Below are positions 49,406 through 59,313 of a stretch of 64,000 bases of DNA, one piece after another; the first letter of the stretch is position 1, and each line of letters opens with the position of its first letter. The stretch comes from Dehalococcoidia bacterium (lineage in GTDB: Bacteria; Chloroflexota; Dehalococcoidia; UBA2979). The position numbers were made by a program, and so were the translations under genes. The notes under the pieces are model-generated. The model was not told the origin of the DNA, searched no databases, and worked only from the letters and a program-made list of their open reading frames with translations. The DNA is taken from assembly GCA_963667465.2 (NCBI GenBank), contig CAXXDN010000002.1:1840565-1904564 (forward strand), read 5' to 3'.

Positions 49406-51392
49406 TACGTAACAAAGTTGGGAGCCTACGGCCTCACCGTCGCCGCCGCCTTCGCGGTAGCGCTCGCCGTGCTGCTGTCCGTCTCCACGACGCAGACCGC
49501 CGAGGCGGCTTTGGGGGACCAAGGACGGCAACGATCCTCGAGCCCGCGAACACGGCGAACCCCGGTGGACACCAAGGTCTACGTCCACCGCGGTGCCGCG
49601 GACGAGCTACGTGCACCTTCGAGATCACCTCAGGATCGACAGCACGGCGATGCGGCAAGCTTCACGCACGGGACTCGCTGCGACCGACGACGGCCAGAAG
49701 ATCATTTGTAACCCGGCCACGGCCAGACAGTGACAAGGACAGCAACCCTAACTCGATCCAGGTCGAGGTCTCAAGTCGATGCTGATTCCCCGAACGGGAA
49801 CATCATCATCGCCGTCACGACGATCAGCGGCAGCGCGAGCGCGACCACTGCTGACTTCGTGCGAGTCAAGCAGGCTCCGGTGCCGACGACGCTCACCGTC
49901 AAGCCGGTCGCGAAGACGATCGCTGCGGCGGAGGGCACGACCACGAGTCAACATCAAGCTGACCGACGAGGAACGACGCGGGCATTGCCGACAACGGCCG
50001 TGAGCATCATCACGACCGGCGGTAGCCTGTCCGTCATTGGTGACGCCGATGGCGCAGACTGCACGGCAGCGCAGGTTTGCGCCTCGCAGACCAAAGCCAG
50101 CGATAACGACGATGAGAATGGCGACGAGACTGGCACGATTGTTGCCACCCTCGCAGGTATCAACCGCGCCGGACTCGCCACGATCACCGTCATCGCTGGT
50201 GACCTGACGGCCACTGCCGAGGTCGTTCTGTTCGGCCCGGTGGACCGGATCGAGGCGAGCCCCGAGCAGTGTTCGATCGAGATCGGCGGCTCCACGTTCG
50301 TCGTCGTGACCGCCTATGACTGCGGCAACAACCCGGTGTCGGGCGTTGTCGTGGATGTGGCCACCAAGTCGAACGGCTCGCAGGACATCACCGGTCCCGC
50401 CGCCAAGACGGTGCCGGTGAGTGGCGACAACGATGTCGACAAGGATGCCAACGGCAACCACGCGGTCGACAAGGGTGACATCCGCGCCTGTGGCGATGAC
50501 GCCGTAGTGGGCGACGACTCCCGCTACGGAGAATGTCGTCGAGGGTTCGCTCGGCACGGCCAATAGTGGAACCAGTGTCGCTCGGGGCACCAACCTTGAT
50601 GGCCAGTGCGTCATCGAGATCTCGGCTCCCAAGAAGGACGTGAACGACGCCGCCGCCGACGCGGCGCGTGGGACGCACAGCGTCGTCATCAATGCCCTCT
50701 CGGGCACTGCGACTGATGCTCTCGACACCTACACCCGCAACTCTGACGTGGACAAGGTGACCGTCGAGCTTCAGGTCGGTGGCCCACCGTCGAGCGTCAC
50801 GAGCGACGCTTCTGAGTACGTTGACCCGCTGAGCTCGACCAAGATCACCTACACCGTCTGGGACGACGAAGACGTCCGCGTCGGTGAAGTCGATGTGGTC
50901 ATCGACCAGATCGAGGGTGATGGGAAGATCACGGCTGGCGAGGGTACTGGCAGGACCAAGGACGGCCAGGGGTCGTTCACCTTCCGCGCTCCGCTGAACG
51001 AGGGCACCGCGGTGTTCCTCGTTACGGTCAACCCGGGCACGTCTGGCGAAATCCAGCAGCCCATCTCGGTCGTCGTCGGCGAGGCGATGCCGGAGGAGCC
51101 GGACATGCCGGCCATGCCTGACGGCGACGCTCTCAGCTTCCTGTCCCCGTCGATCGCTTCGTTCAGCGGCGGCTCGGTCGCAGATCTCGCCGCGGCTGCC
51201 GAGGCGGAGTGCCCCGGCGGTGCGACCTACTGGGTCCAGGCGAGCGACGGCTCGTGGCCGGCCGCGTACAGCACCACCGTTACAGTGGCGATCGCCAATA
51301 GCCCGTTCGAGGCGGCGTGGGCTGATGGCTTCGGCATGACGGCTGTCTTCTTCAGCGAGTGTGAGATGGACGCCATGGGGGACGAGGGCTAG
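49406..51392 (+). CDS. Cassette B: start-less S-layer-like surface protein, multiple frameshifts in this sequence
   Basis: [12 protein letters not shown] at 49406; C-terminal domain identical to cassette A. Confidence 0.75.
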
Positions 51393-51525
51393 AGCGCGCA
51401 AGCGCTCCGGTCTGAGAACTCCAACGGAGTAGCGACGGACCCCGGGATCCCGGCTTCGGCCGGGGTTCCGGGGAACCGTCTTCCACTCCCCAGCAAGCCC
51501 GGCAAGCCCGGCAAGGAGAAACCGA

Positions 51526-52050
51526 ATGATTCGAACGATTGGACCGGCCAGGCTCGGCTTCGCGGCGGCGCTCCTCGCGCTGCTGCTCGGCCCGCTTGCG
51601 CTCGGCTTCCACACCGCGCACGCGCAGGGCCCGGACACGGCCCAGTACTACGGCACCGGCCTCAGCGAGGGCGACACCGTCGCCGCCTCGATCGACGGCA
51701 CGGAGTGCGGCAGCACCACCGCCAACGCCGCTGGCGAGTGGGTCGTCCAGGTCGGCCCGGGCGACTGTTCGCCGGAGAACGGCGCCACCGTCAGCTTCTC
51801 GCTGAACGGCGACGCCGCGGCGGAGACCGCGACATGGTCCGCAGGCGACCTCTCCGAGGTCACCCTGACCGTCTCGGCCATGCCCGACGACGGCGCCATG
51901 CCCGATCTGCCGGCAGAGCCTGACACCGGCAACGCCGGACTGCTCGGCGCTGGCAGCGCTGGCAGCTCCTCGTTGCTCGCGCTGGCGCTCGGCAGCCTCG
52001 CGCTCGCCGGCCTCGCCGCCGCGCGCGTCGCCACGCGCCGCGTCAGCTAA
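51526..52050 (+). CDS. Cassette B companion PxTG protein
   Basis: Paralog of 45066-45584; EPDTGNAG plus TM plus TRRVS. Confidence 0.85.
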   Translation: MIRTIGPARLGFAAALLALLLGPLALGFHTAHAQGPDTAQYYGTGLSEGDTVAASIDGTECGSTTANAAGEWVVQVGPGDCSPENGATVSFSLNGDAAAETATWSAGDLSEVTLTVSAMPDDGAMPDLPAEPDTGNAGLLGAGSAGSSSLLALALGSLALAGLAAARVATRRVS

Positions 52051-52247
52051 CCCTCGGCCCCGTGCCGATTGCGAAGCGCCCCCGGCAACGGGGGCGCTTC
52101 TTTGTGTCCGCCATCGCCTGCCCTCGCTGGCCGCGCTGGCGCGCGGCGCCCCCTCACCCCCGCCCTCTCCCGCGAGGGGAGAGGGGGCCGGATTGTCCCT
52201 TACCCGCACCGTCTCCGGCGAGGGGAGGGAGCCGGTCCCCTCCGATC

Positions 52248-52659
52248 CCCTCTCCCCCGGCGGGAGAGGGAGCCGCAGGCGGCATCGGGGCTATCGGCTA
52301 CAATGAGAGCCTCAACTCCGGGCTTGCCGATCGGAAGATCGTATGTCTAGGTCTGCTCCAGAGCGGTCTGAATCAGAGGCCGAAGGGCGTCGGCTAAGTC
52401 CAGCAGAGATCCTTGCTCTGCCTCAGAAAGCCCGAGAGATTCTGAGTCGCAAAGCTGAAGGACCGCTTCGTCGAATGCATCGAAAAAACGCTGCCGGTCG
52501 AGGGGACCCTGGGCGGCCAGCCCAACGCTGACAGCCACCAGCAGGAGCAGCGCCTCCGTACTCATAGACCCTCCAGCCGGTCGCGCACTCTAGTCTTTCC
52601 CTGCGTCGCTATGCTACCAGCGTGTCAGCGTACGGCTGCGCCGCCCGCACCCCCGCCCT
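52248..52659. repeat. About 410-bp inverted repeat, left arm
   Basis: Reverse complement of 54251-54662. Confidence 0.85.
52347..52565 (-). CDS. 72-aa hypothetical protein, copy 1
   Basis: RBS GGAGG; identical copy at 54345-54563. Confidence 0.5.
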   Translation of the reverse strand: MSTEALLLLVAVSVGLAAQGPLDRQRFFDAFDEAVLQLCDSESLGLSEAEQGSLLDLADALRPLIQTALEQT

Positions 52660-52783
52660 CTCCCGCGAGGGGAGAGGGAGCCGGATTGTCCCTTACCCGC
52701 ACCGTCTCCGGCGAGGGGAGGGAGCCGGTCCCCCTCCGATCCCCTCTCCCGCGAGGGGAGAGACACCCCAGGGTGCTAAGGCG

Positions 52784-54007
52784 TCAAGCGGCGAGCTGTT
52801 CGCGGTCGTGGCGGTGCGCCCAGGCGGTGGCCTCGTCGTAGGGGCGACGTGCCTTCAGGCAGCCGTGGAGGTAGCCGACGAGGCGGTTGCCGAGAGCGCG
52901 CAGCGCCTGGTGGTGGAGGTCGCCCGCGGCGCGGCGGCGGTGGTAGAAGTCATGGCAGCCGGGGCTCGCCTGCAGCGAGCAGAGCGCCCAGCGGTCCACG
53001 GCGTCGGCGAGCCGGCGGTTGCGCACGAAGCGGGCGCGCACGCTGCGCTTGCGGCCCGATGCTACGGTGAGCGGCGAGGTGCCGGCGTAGTTCCTGCGGG
53101 ACTTCGCCGACTCGTAGCGTTCGGGGTCGTCCCCGAACTCGCCGAGCACCCGGGCGCCGAGCACGACACCGAGACCGGGCAGGGAACGGTAGATTGCGGC
53201 GTCCGGGTGCTGCTCAAAATGGCTCGTGAGCGCGGCCTCGAGCTCCGTAAGCTGACGGTTGATCTCGCTGATCTGCGCGACCGCCGCGCGGGTGCTCGCG
53301 GCGAACGCCCGGCTCACGGCAGGCGGCGCCTCGAGTTGCGGGGAGCGCAGCGCGTCGCGCACCGCGGCGGCGCGCCGCTCGAGGTTGCGCTGACGTCCGC
53401 CGCGGCGCAGCGCCGAGCGGATCTTCGACGTGCTCAGGCGCGCCGCCTCGCGCGGCTCGCTCGCCCGCGCCAGCACGCCCAGGGCGTCGCCGTGCGCGAG
53501 GCTGGGGAAGGCCTGCAGGGCAGCCGGGAAATACTCCCTGAGGGCGTTGCGCAGCCGGTTGGTCTGGCGCACGCGGTCCCAGATCAGCTGCTGGTGGGCG
53601 CGGGCGAGGATGCGCACCGCGGCAGCCTCGTCGCTGTCGCCGGCCAGCGGACGGTGGTTGTGGCGGTCGGTGCGCACGAGGTCGGCGAGCAGCTTCGCGT
53701 CGGCGGCGTCGGACTTGGCGCCGCCCAGGTGGTGACGCTCACGGTAGCGCGCCGCCGAGCGGGGGTTGATCGCGTAGACGCGGTAGCCGGCCGCGAGCAG
53801 GGCCGTGACCCAGGGTCCGCGGTCGGTCTCGATGCCGACCACGACCGCGCCCGGGTCTGAGGCGTGCTCGGCAACCAGTTCGTGCAGCACGGCGACGCCC
53901 GCGACGCCCTCGGGCAGCCGCCTGGCGGCGAGCCGTTCGCCGGCCTCGTTCATGAGCTGGACATCGTGGTGGTCTTCGGACCAGTCGTCACCGACGTAGA
54001 GGGTCAT
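52784..54007 (-). CDS. IS110 DEDD recombinase/transposase
   Basis: YVGDDWS, GIETD, INP, KSDAADA, SLPGLG, YAGTSPLTVASG. Confidence 0.95.
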   Translation of the reverse strand: MTLYVGDDWSEDHHDVQLMNEAGERLAARRLPEGVAGVAVLHELVAEHASDPGAVVVGIETDRGPWVTALLAAGYRVYAINPRSAARYRERHHLGGAKSDAADAKLLADLVRTDRHNHRPLAGDSDEAAAVRILARAHQQLIWDRVRQTNRLRNALREYFPAALQAFPSLAHGDALGVLARASEPREAARLSTSKIRSALRRGGRQRNLERRAAAVRDALRSPQLEAPPAVSRAFAASTRAAVAQISEINRQLTELEAALTSHFEQHPDAAIYRSLPGLGVVLGARVLGEFGDDPERYESAKSRRNYAGTSPLTVASGRKRSVRARFVRNRRLADAVDRWALCSLQASPGCHDFYHRRRAAGDLHHQALRALGNRLVGYLHGCLKARRPYDEATAWAHRHDREQLAA

Positions 54008-54250
54008 CGTGCCTCGCTTTCCTGCGCTTCGTGCTGCTGTTTGCGACCTGCCGGGCTGGTCCTGCGACGGCCTAATGGACCAGTGCTCTCGGGCACGACA
54101 CCCCAGGAGTGCTGTGGACCACCCGGACGCACCAGCCGGGGCACGGTCTCTCCCTGGAGATCGCAGTGTCTCGGGGAGGGGCAGTGCTCACCGGCCGGCC
54201 GGTCCAAGACCAGTCTCCCAGATCGCTCCAGGGTCCGGTCGAACCCCATT
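54008..54250 (-). ncRNA. Putative IS110 bridge RNA
   Basis: Contains segments matching the donor junction (CTGGGGTGTC; CCATTAG) and the target (GCCCCTC; GGGAGAG). Confidence 0.7.
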
Positions 54251-54662
54251 AGGGCGGGGGTGCGGGCGGCGCAGCCGTACGCTGACACGCTGGTAGCATA
54301 GCGACGCAGGGAAAGACTAGAGTGCGCGACCGGCTGGAGGGTCTATGAGTACGGAGGCGCTGCTCCTGCTGGTGGCTGTCAGCGTTGGGCTGGCCGCCCA
54401 GGGTCCCCTCGACCGGCAGCGTTTTTTCGATGCATTCGACGAAGCGGTCCTTCAGCTTTGCGACTCAGAATCTCTCGGGCTTTCTGAGGCAGAGCAAGGA
54501 TCTCTGCTGGACTTAGCCGACGCCCTTCGGCCTCTGATTCAGACCGCTCTGGAGCAGACCTAGACATACGATCTTCCGATCGGCAAGCCCGGAGTTGAGG
54601 CTCTCATTGTAGCCGATAGCCCCGATGCCGCCTGCGGCTCCCTCTCCCGCCGGGGGAGAGGG
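54251..54662. repeat. About 410-bp inverted repeat, right arm
   Basis: Reverse complement of 52248-52659; ends exactly at the IS110 CT core. Confidence 0.85.
54345..54563 (+). CDS. 72-aa hypothetical protein, copy 2
   Basis: Identical to 52347-52565. Confidence 0.5.
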   Translation: MSTEALLLLVAVSVGLAAQGPLDRQRFFDAFDEAVLQLCDSESLGLSEAEQGSLLDLADALRPLIQTALEQT

Positions 54663-54841
54663 AATCGGAAGGGGGTCCGCCCCCCGCCGGAGGCGAGCAT
54701 CCGGCCCCCTCTCCCCTCGCGGGAGAGGGCGGGGGTGAGGGGGCGCCGCGCGCCAGCGCGGCCAGCGAGGGCAGGCGATGGCGGACACAAAGAAGCGCCC
54801 CCGTTGCCGGGGGCGCTTCGCAATCGGCCGGTGGCCGAGGG

Positions 54842-55363
54842 TTAGCTGACGCGGCGCGTGGCGACGCGCGCGGCGGCGAGGCCGGCGAGCGCGAGGCTGC
54901 CGAGGGCCAAAGCCAGCAACGAGGTGCTGCCAGCGCTGCCGGCGCCGACCAGTCCGGCGTTGCCGGTGTCAGGCTCTGCCGGCAGATCGGGCATGGCGCC
55001 GTCGTCGGGCATGGCGGCGACGGTCAGGGTGACCTCGGAGAGGTCGCCGGCGGACCACGTCGCGGTCTCTGCCGCGGCGTCGCCGTTGACCGTGAAGCTG
55101 ACGGTGTCGCCGTTCTCCGGCGAACAGTCGTCCTGGCCGACCTGGATGCTCCACCCGTCGGCGTCGGCGGTGTCGCTGCCGCACTCCGTGCCATCGATCG
55201 AGGCAGTGACGACGTCGCCCTCGCTGAGGTTCTGGCCGTAGAACAAGGCCACGTCGGGGCCCTGCGCGTGTGCGGTGTGGGAACCGAGCGCAAGCGGGCC
55301 GAGCAGCAGCGCGAGGAGCGCCGCCGCGAAGCCGAGCCTGGCCGGTCCAATCGTTCGAATCAT
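54842..55363 (-). CDS. Cassette C companion PxTG protein
   Basis: Paralog; EPDTGNAG plus TM plus TRRVS. Confidence 0.85.
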   Translation of the reverse strand: MIRTIGPARLGFAAALLALLLGPLALGSHTAHAQGPDVALFYGQNLSEGDVVTASIDGTECGSDTADADGWSIQVGQDDCSPENGDTVSFTVNGDAAAETATWSAGDLSEVTLTVAAMPDDGAMPDLPAEPDTGNAGLVGAGSAGSTSLLALALGSLALAGLAAARVATRRVS

Positions 55364-55504
55364 TCGGTTTCTCCTTGCCGGGCTTGCTGGTTGCCGGGCT
55401 TTGCTGGGGAGTGGGAATACGGTTCCCCGGAACCCCGGCCGAGGCCGGGATTCCGGGGTCCGTGTCTACTCCTCTGGAGTCCTCAGGCTGGAGCGCTGTG
55501 CGCC

Positions 55505-57463
55505 CTAGCCTTCGCTCCCCATCGAGCCTTCGCTGTCCATGGCGTCGGCCTCACAGCTGGAGACCCAGACGAAGGTCATACCGTCGAAGCCGTCCGCGAA
55601 CGCCGTGGTGAACCCGATGATCGCGAACGCCGGAGCGGTGCTGCTCCAGAGGTGCCATTCGCCCTCGGCGTCCTGGACGGCGATCTGCGAGCCGCCGGGG
55701 CACTTAGCCGCGGCAGCCGCCGCGAGGTCATCGAGCGAGCCGCCGCTGAAGCTACCCAGGTTGCCCTGGACCGTCAGCGTGGCGTCGCCGTCAGGCATCG
55801 CCGGCTCCTCCGGCTCCTCCGGCATCGCCTCGCCGACGGTCAGCGTGATGATGTCCCTGATCGCGCCAGCACCGCTACCGGCGGTGACGCGGAAGACAAC
55901 CTGACCCTCGAGGCCGGCGATGTAGCTGAAGGTCGACGAGCCGTTAGAGGTCATCGCCCCCATCACCGTCGCCTTACCCTCTTCGAGGCCATCGCCGGCG
56001 ACCTTGACGACGTTGATCGGGGTCTCGCCGACGAGGACACCCTCGTCGTCAAGCACCGTCAGCGTGATCGTCGTGTCGCTCAGCGGGTCGACGTATTCGG
56101 GAGCATCGCTCTCGATGCTGGCCGGCCCACCGGCGACCTGAATCGTGGCCGAGGCCTTGACTGCGCTCGAGCCAGTGCCGATCTGGAAGTTGATCGTGTG
56201 CTCGCCACGAGTCGCGCTCTTGGTCGCCCCGCCCACGTCCTTCTTCGGCACAGACACGTACACGACGCACCGACCGTCGGCGTCGGTCCCTGGCCCGAAC
56301 ACATCATCGCTGGTGCCGTCGGAGGAACCGGTGTTGTCATCACCACACGCCGGGATGCTCTTCTTCGAGTCCGTGGCGTGGATGAAGTCCTTGCTGTACC
56401 CGACGCCAGCAGCGCTAGCGCCGTCGCCCGTAACTTCCGGCGTGTCCCGCTCGGTCTCGATAGGCTCGGGCTTATCGCCGGGGCCAACGACTTCCTTGGT
56501 CGCGCGCGGGGCGATTATCTGGCTCTTGACCGGGTTGCCCGCAGCGTCGGTAACGGTCAGGTCGATCCAGACGTTGCCGCCTTCATGCACCGAGTTCTGC
56601 CGCGGCACGGCTGTCAGGTTCTTGGCCGGACCGGACAGGGTGACGTCAATCGACACCGCGTCGAGGTCGCCGCTGGTGATGGTCACCGTCGCGACGCCAG
56701 CGCGACCCGATCCGTGGAGCGTGACGCGGGCATGGCCCGGAGTCTCGGTGCCGCTGCCGTCGGTTGAGACGTCGAGATTCCCAGTGACTTCCGCGCACAA
56801 CTGGCTATCGACAGTGTCGTCGTTGTCGCAGTCGAACTGGCCGTTCGTGGTCACGAACCCAACACTGACACCGTTCATCCCGATCGGCGTCGCCTGGTCG
56901 TTCAAGACCGTCGCGGTGATGGTTGTGGACTCGGCGGTGGTGCTCCCAGCGCCGGACGCGATCGTGGTCGAAGCGGCCGTGGCCTTCAACGTAGCCGGCA
57001 GCGGATCGACGACCACGGTCAAAACGTCCCTACTGACGCCACCGGTCGTCACAGAGAGGTCCGTCTGCGTGATGCGGATCAGGCCTCCCTTGGAGTCGAC
57101 ATCGATCTTGAGCGCCACCGTCACGCCAGCGTCACTCGTGTTGGTGTCACAGTGACCCGAGCCGCTGCTGGCCGTGGCCGGGTTACAAATGATCTTCTGG
57201 CCGTCGTCGGTCGCCGAGTCGTGCGTGAAGCTGCCGCTCGCCCCCGCGACGGAGGTGATCTCGAACTGCACGTAGCTCGTTGCGGCATTCTGGACGTAGA
57301 CGGTGTCCCCGGGGTTCGCCGTGTTCGCGGGCTCGAGGTCGTTGCCGTCCTTGTCCCCCAAAGCCGCCTCGGCGGTCGTCGTGGAGACGGACAGCAGCAC
57401 CGCGAGCGCTACCGCGAAGGCGGCGGCGACGGTGAGGCCGTAGGCTCCCAACTTTGTTACGTA
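55505..57463 (-). CDS. Cassette C: start-less (silent) S-layer-like surface protein, intact frame
   Basis: [12 protein letters not shown] begins at 57463, preceded by CAA GAT CAG (no start, no RBS); about 650 codons. Confidence 0.8.
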   Translation of the reverse strand, partial: YVTKLGAYGLTVAAAFAVALAVLLSVSTTTAEAALGDKDGNDLEPANTANPGDTVYVQNAATSYVQFEITSVAGASGSFTHDSATDDGQKIICNPATASSGSGHCDTNTSDAGVTVALKIDVDSKGGLIRITQTDLSVTTGGVSRDVLTVVVDPLPATLKATAASTTIASGAGSTTAESTTITATVLNDQATPIGMNGVSVGFVTTNGQFDCDNDDTVDSQLCAEVTGNLDVSTDGSGTETPGHARVTLHGSGRAGVATVTITSGDLDAVSIDVTLSGPAKNLTAVPRQNSVHEGGNVWIDLTVTDAAGNPVKSQIIAPRATKEVVGPGDKPEPIETERDTPEVTGDGASAAGVGYSKDFIHATDSKKSIPACGDDNTGSSDGTSDDVFGPGTDADGRCVVYVSVPKKDVGGATKSATRGEHTINFQIGTGSSAVKASATIQVAGGPASIESDAPEYVDPLSDTTITLTVLDDEGVLVGETPINVVKVAGDGLEEGKATVMGAMTSNGSSTFSYIAGLEGQVVFRVTAGSGAGAIRDIITLTVGEAMPEEPEEPAMPDGDATLTVQGNLGSFSGGSLDDLAAAAAAKCPGGSQIAVQDAEGEWHLWSSTAPAFAIIGFTTAFADGFDGMTFVWVSSCEADAMDSEGSMGSEG

Positions 57464-57686
57464 CTGATCTTGAAGTGGACATAGCGCTCCGCACTCGCTC
57501 CACGGATCCCAGTATTCACCGCGCTTCTTCGCCGCCCTCGCTCGTTCGCGCCGCTCAAATGGGGCCAACCTGGGGCCATCCCCGCCCAGCGCAGGATCAA
57601 CTGACCCCGCAGCCCGGCTGAACGACCCCGCGACGGACGTTTTCGACCATTGCGCACCCCCTTCCGAGGTCGGCCCAACAGTCCGG

Positions 57687-57770
57687 CGAGGCGCGCGCGC
57701 TCCGGCTGCGCCGGAGTCCCCCTCACCCTCGGGGGTGTGGGGGTTCCCCCCACAACACATTGGCTCTCCC
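57687..57770 (+). repeat. About 84-bp hairpin-rich dispersed repeat (MITE/REP-like)
   Basis: Near-identical direct copies at 59574-59657 and 63029-63112. Confidence 0.85.
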
Positions 57771-57787
57771 CCAGGAGAGGGGGCCGG

Positions 57788-57861
57788 ACAGGCGCGCGGT
57801 ACACAGGCGCGCGGTACACAGGCGGGCAGACACAGCCGTGCGGTACACAGGCGGGCGATAC
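57788..57861 (+). repeat. 15-bp tandem repeat, 5 units
   Basis: ACAGGCGCGCGGTAC consensus. Confidence 0.8.
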
Positions 57862-58164
57862 AACGGGACGAACCCCGCGACCGGCCCTGCCGGTCCAGCG
57901 CGGCGGGTCCAGCGCGGCGCCCTGTGGAGGAGGCATGAATGAACGACCCTGAGATCCCGACTGTCAACGCAGCCGCAAGGCCGCTCCCCGCCCTGAACAA
58001 CCACGCCCCGAACAACCCTGCCCCGAACAGCCACGGCTCGCGCAGCCGCGCCTGCGATCCGCCGGCGCAGGGCGGACTTCCGTCGATCCGCGTGGGCACG
58101 GGGATTCGGACTCCTCGCGCCCTCCGCGGTGAGTGGCTCGGGCGGCAGCGGGCGGGCGAGGCTC

Positions 58165-59313
58165 ATGGGTAGGCGCGACTGGGGCTCCGGCGCGCTCGAA
58201 GAGCGTTCGCGCGGTCGCTGGCGAGTCGCCGTCGAACTTCCGCGCGACCCCGCGACCGGAAAACGCCGCCGCCGCCGGTTCACTGTCCGGGGCACCAAGC
58301 GAGACGCGCTGCGGGCGCTCCGCCAGGCCCTGAACGAGCGCGACCATGGAGGCGTGGACCCGCACCGCATCACCACCGGCGAGTGGCTGGAGCACTGGGT
58401 CGAGCAGCGGGCGCGCGACGGTACGCTCGCCCCGGCAACCGTTGAAGCGTACCGCTCGATGGTCCGGGCCCACCTGATCCCGGCAGTAGGCCCGGTGCGC
58501 CTGCAGGAGCTTCGGGCCGCCCATATCCGGATGCTGAAGGACGACCTCTCGCAATCGAGGGCGCCCGCGACCGTCTGGGGCATCCTCCGCCTGCTTCGCC
58601 AGATGCTTCAATCCGCGGTCGCGCAAGAACTGCTCGCCAGAAACCCCGCATTGGCCGTGCCGAACCCGTCACGGGCGCGCGGGCGACACGAGCGCCGTGC
58701 CCTCGCCGAAGCCGAGATCGTCGAGCTGCTGAGCGTCGCCGGGGGGACGGCGTACGACATGGTGATGCGCTTCGCCCTCGCCACGGGCGCGCGCCGGGGA
58801 GAACTGCTCGGCGCCACCTGGGACGCGATCGACCTCGAGCGCCGCGTCTTCCGCGTGCTCCGCGCGCTCCAGGTCGTCAGGAACGAGTTCCTGGTGCTTC
58901 CCCCGAAGACGGCCCGCTCGCGCCGCACGATCGAGCTGTCGCCCCGGACGGTGGCGCGGCTGCGCCGTCATCGCGCCGAGCAGAACGCCGCGCGGCTCCG
59001 GCTGGGCGCGGCGTGGGAGGATCACAACCTCGTCTTCCCCGGTGAAGGCGGCCGCTACTGGGCGCCGCTCGGCTTCTACACGGGCTTCCGGGAGCTGGTA
59101 GCCGCGAGCAAGATCGAACGCCCTCGGGAAGTGACCTTCCACACCTTGCGGCACACCGCCGCGAGCCAGTGGATCCTCGCGGGCGTCGACCTGCTGACAG
59201 TCTCACGCCGGCTCGGCCACACCCAGGCCTCGTTCACGATGGACGTCTACGGCCACATGCTCCCCGGCCAGCAAGATCAGGCCGCCGAAGCGCTCGACCA
59301 CCTGATCGGCTAA
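58165..59313 (+). CDS. Tyrosine recombinase/integrase (candidate invertase)
   Basis: TGARRGE (R), PKT (K), HTLRH, RLGH, DVYGH (Y); N-terminal arm-binding-like and SAM-like regions. Confidence 0.93.
   Translation: MGRRDWGSGALEERSRGRWRVAVELPRDPATGKRRRRRFTVRGTKRDALRALRQALNERDHGGVDPHRITTGEWLEHWVEQRARDGTLAPATVEAYRSMVRAHLIPAVGPVRLQELRAAHIRMLKDDLSQSRAPATVWGILRLLRQMLQSAVAQELLARNPALAVPNPSRARGRHERRALAEAEIVELLSVAGGTAYDMVMRFALATGARRGELLGATWDAIDLERRVFRVLRALQVVRNEFLVLPPKTARSRRTIELSPRTVARLRRHRAEQNAARLRLGAAWEDHNLVFPGEGGRYWAPLGFYTGFRELVAASKIERPREVTFHTLRHTAASQWILAGVDLLTVSRRLGHTQASFTMDVYGHMLPGQQDQAAEALDHLIG

Larger units (their letters stand above)
52761..54252 (-). mobile_element. IS110-family element, copy 1, bounded by CT core dinucleotides and inserted in the REP-like palindrome
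   Basis: Minus strand: CCCCGCC-CT|AATGGGG...GGGGTGT-CT|CTCCCC; no terminal inverted repeats; long non-coding left end. Confidence 0.9.

Noticed and set aside
57464-58099. N-terminal extensions of the cassette ORFs given in the ORF track (also 47578-47679 and 60067-60210)
   Set aside because: They are translations of repeats and leader DNA placed before a signal peptide and differ among paralogs; incidental open frames in high-GC DNA.
58165-59313. Prophage or ICE marked by the integrase
   Set aside because: No structural, replication or conjugation genes, and no tRNA-derived att repeat seen.
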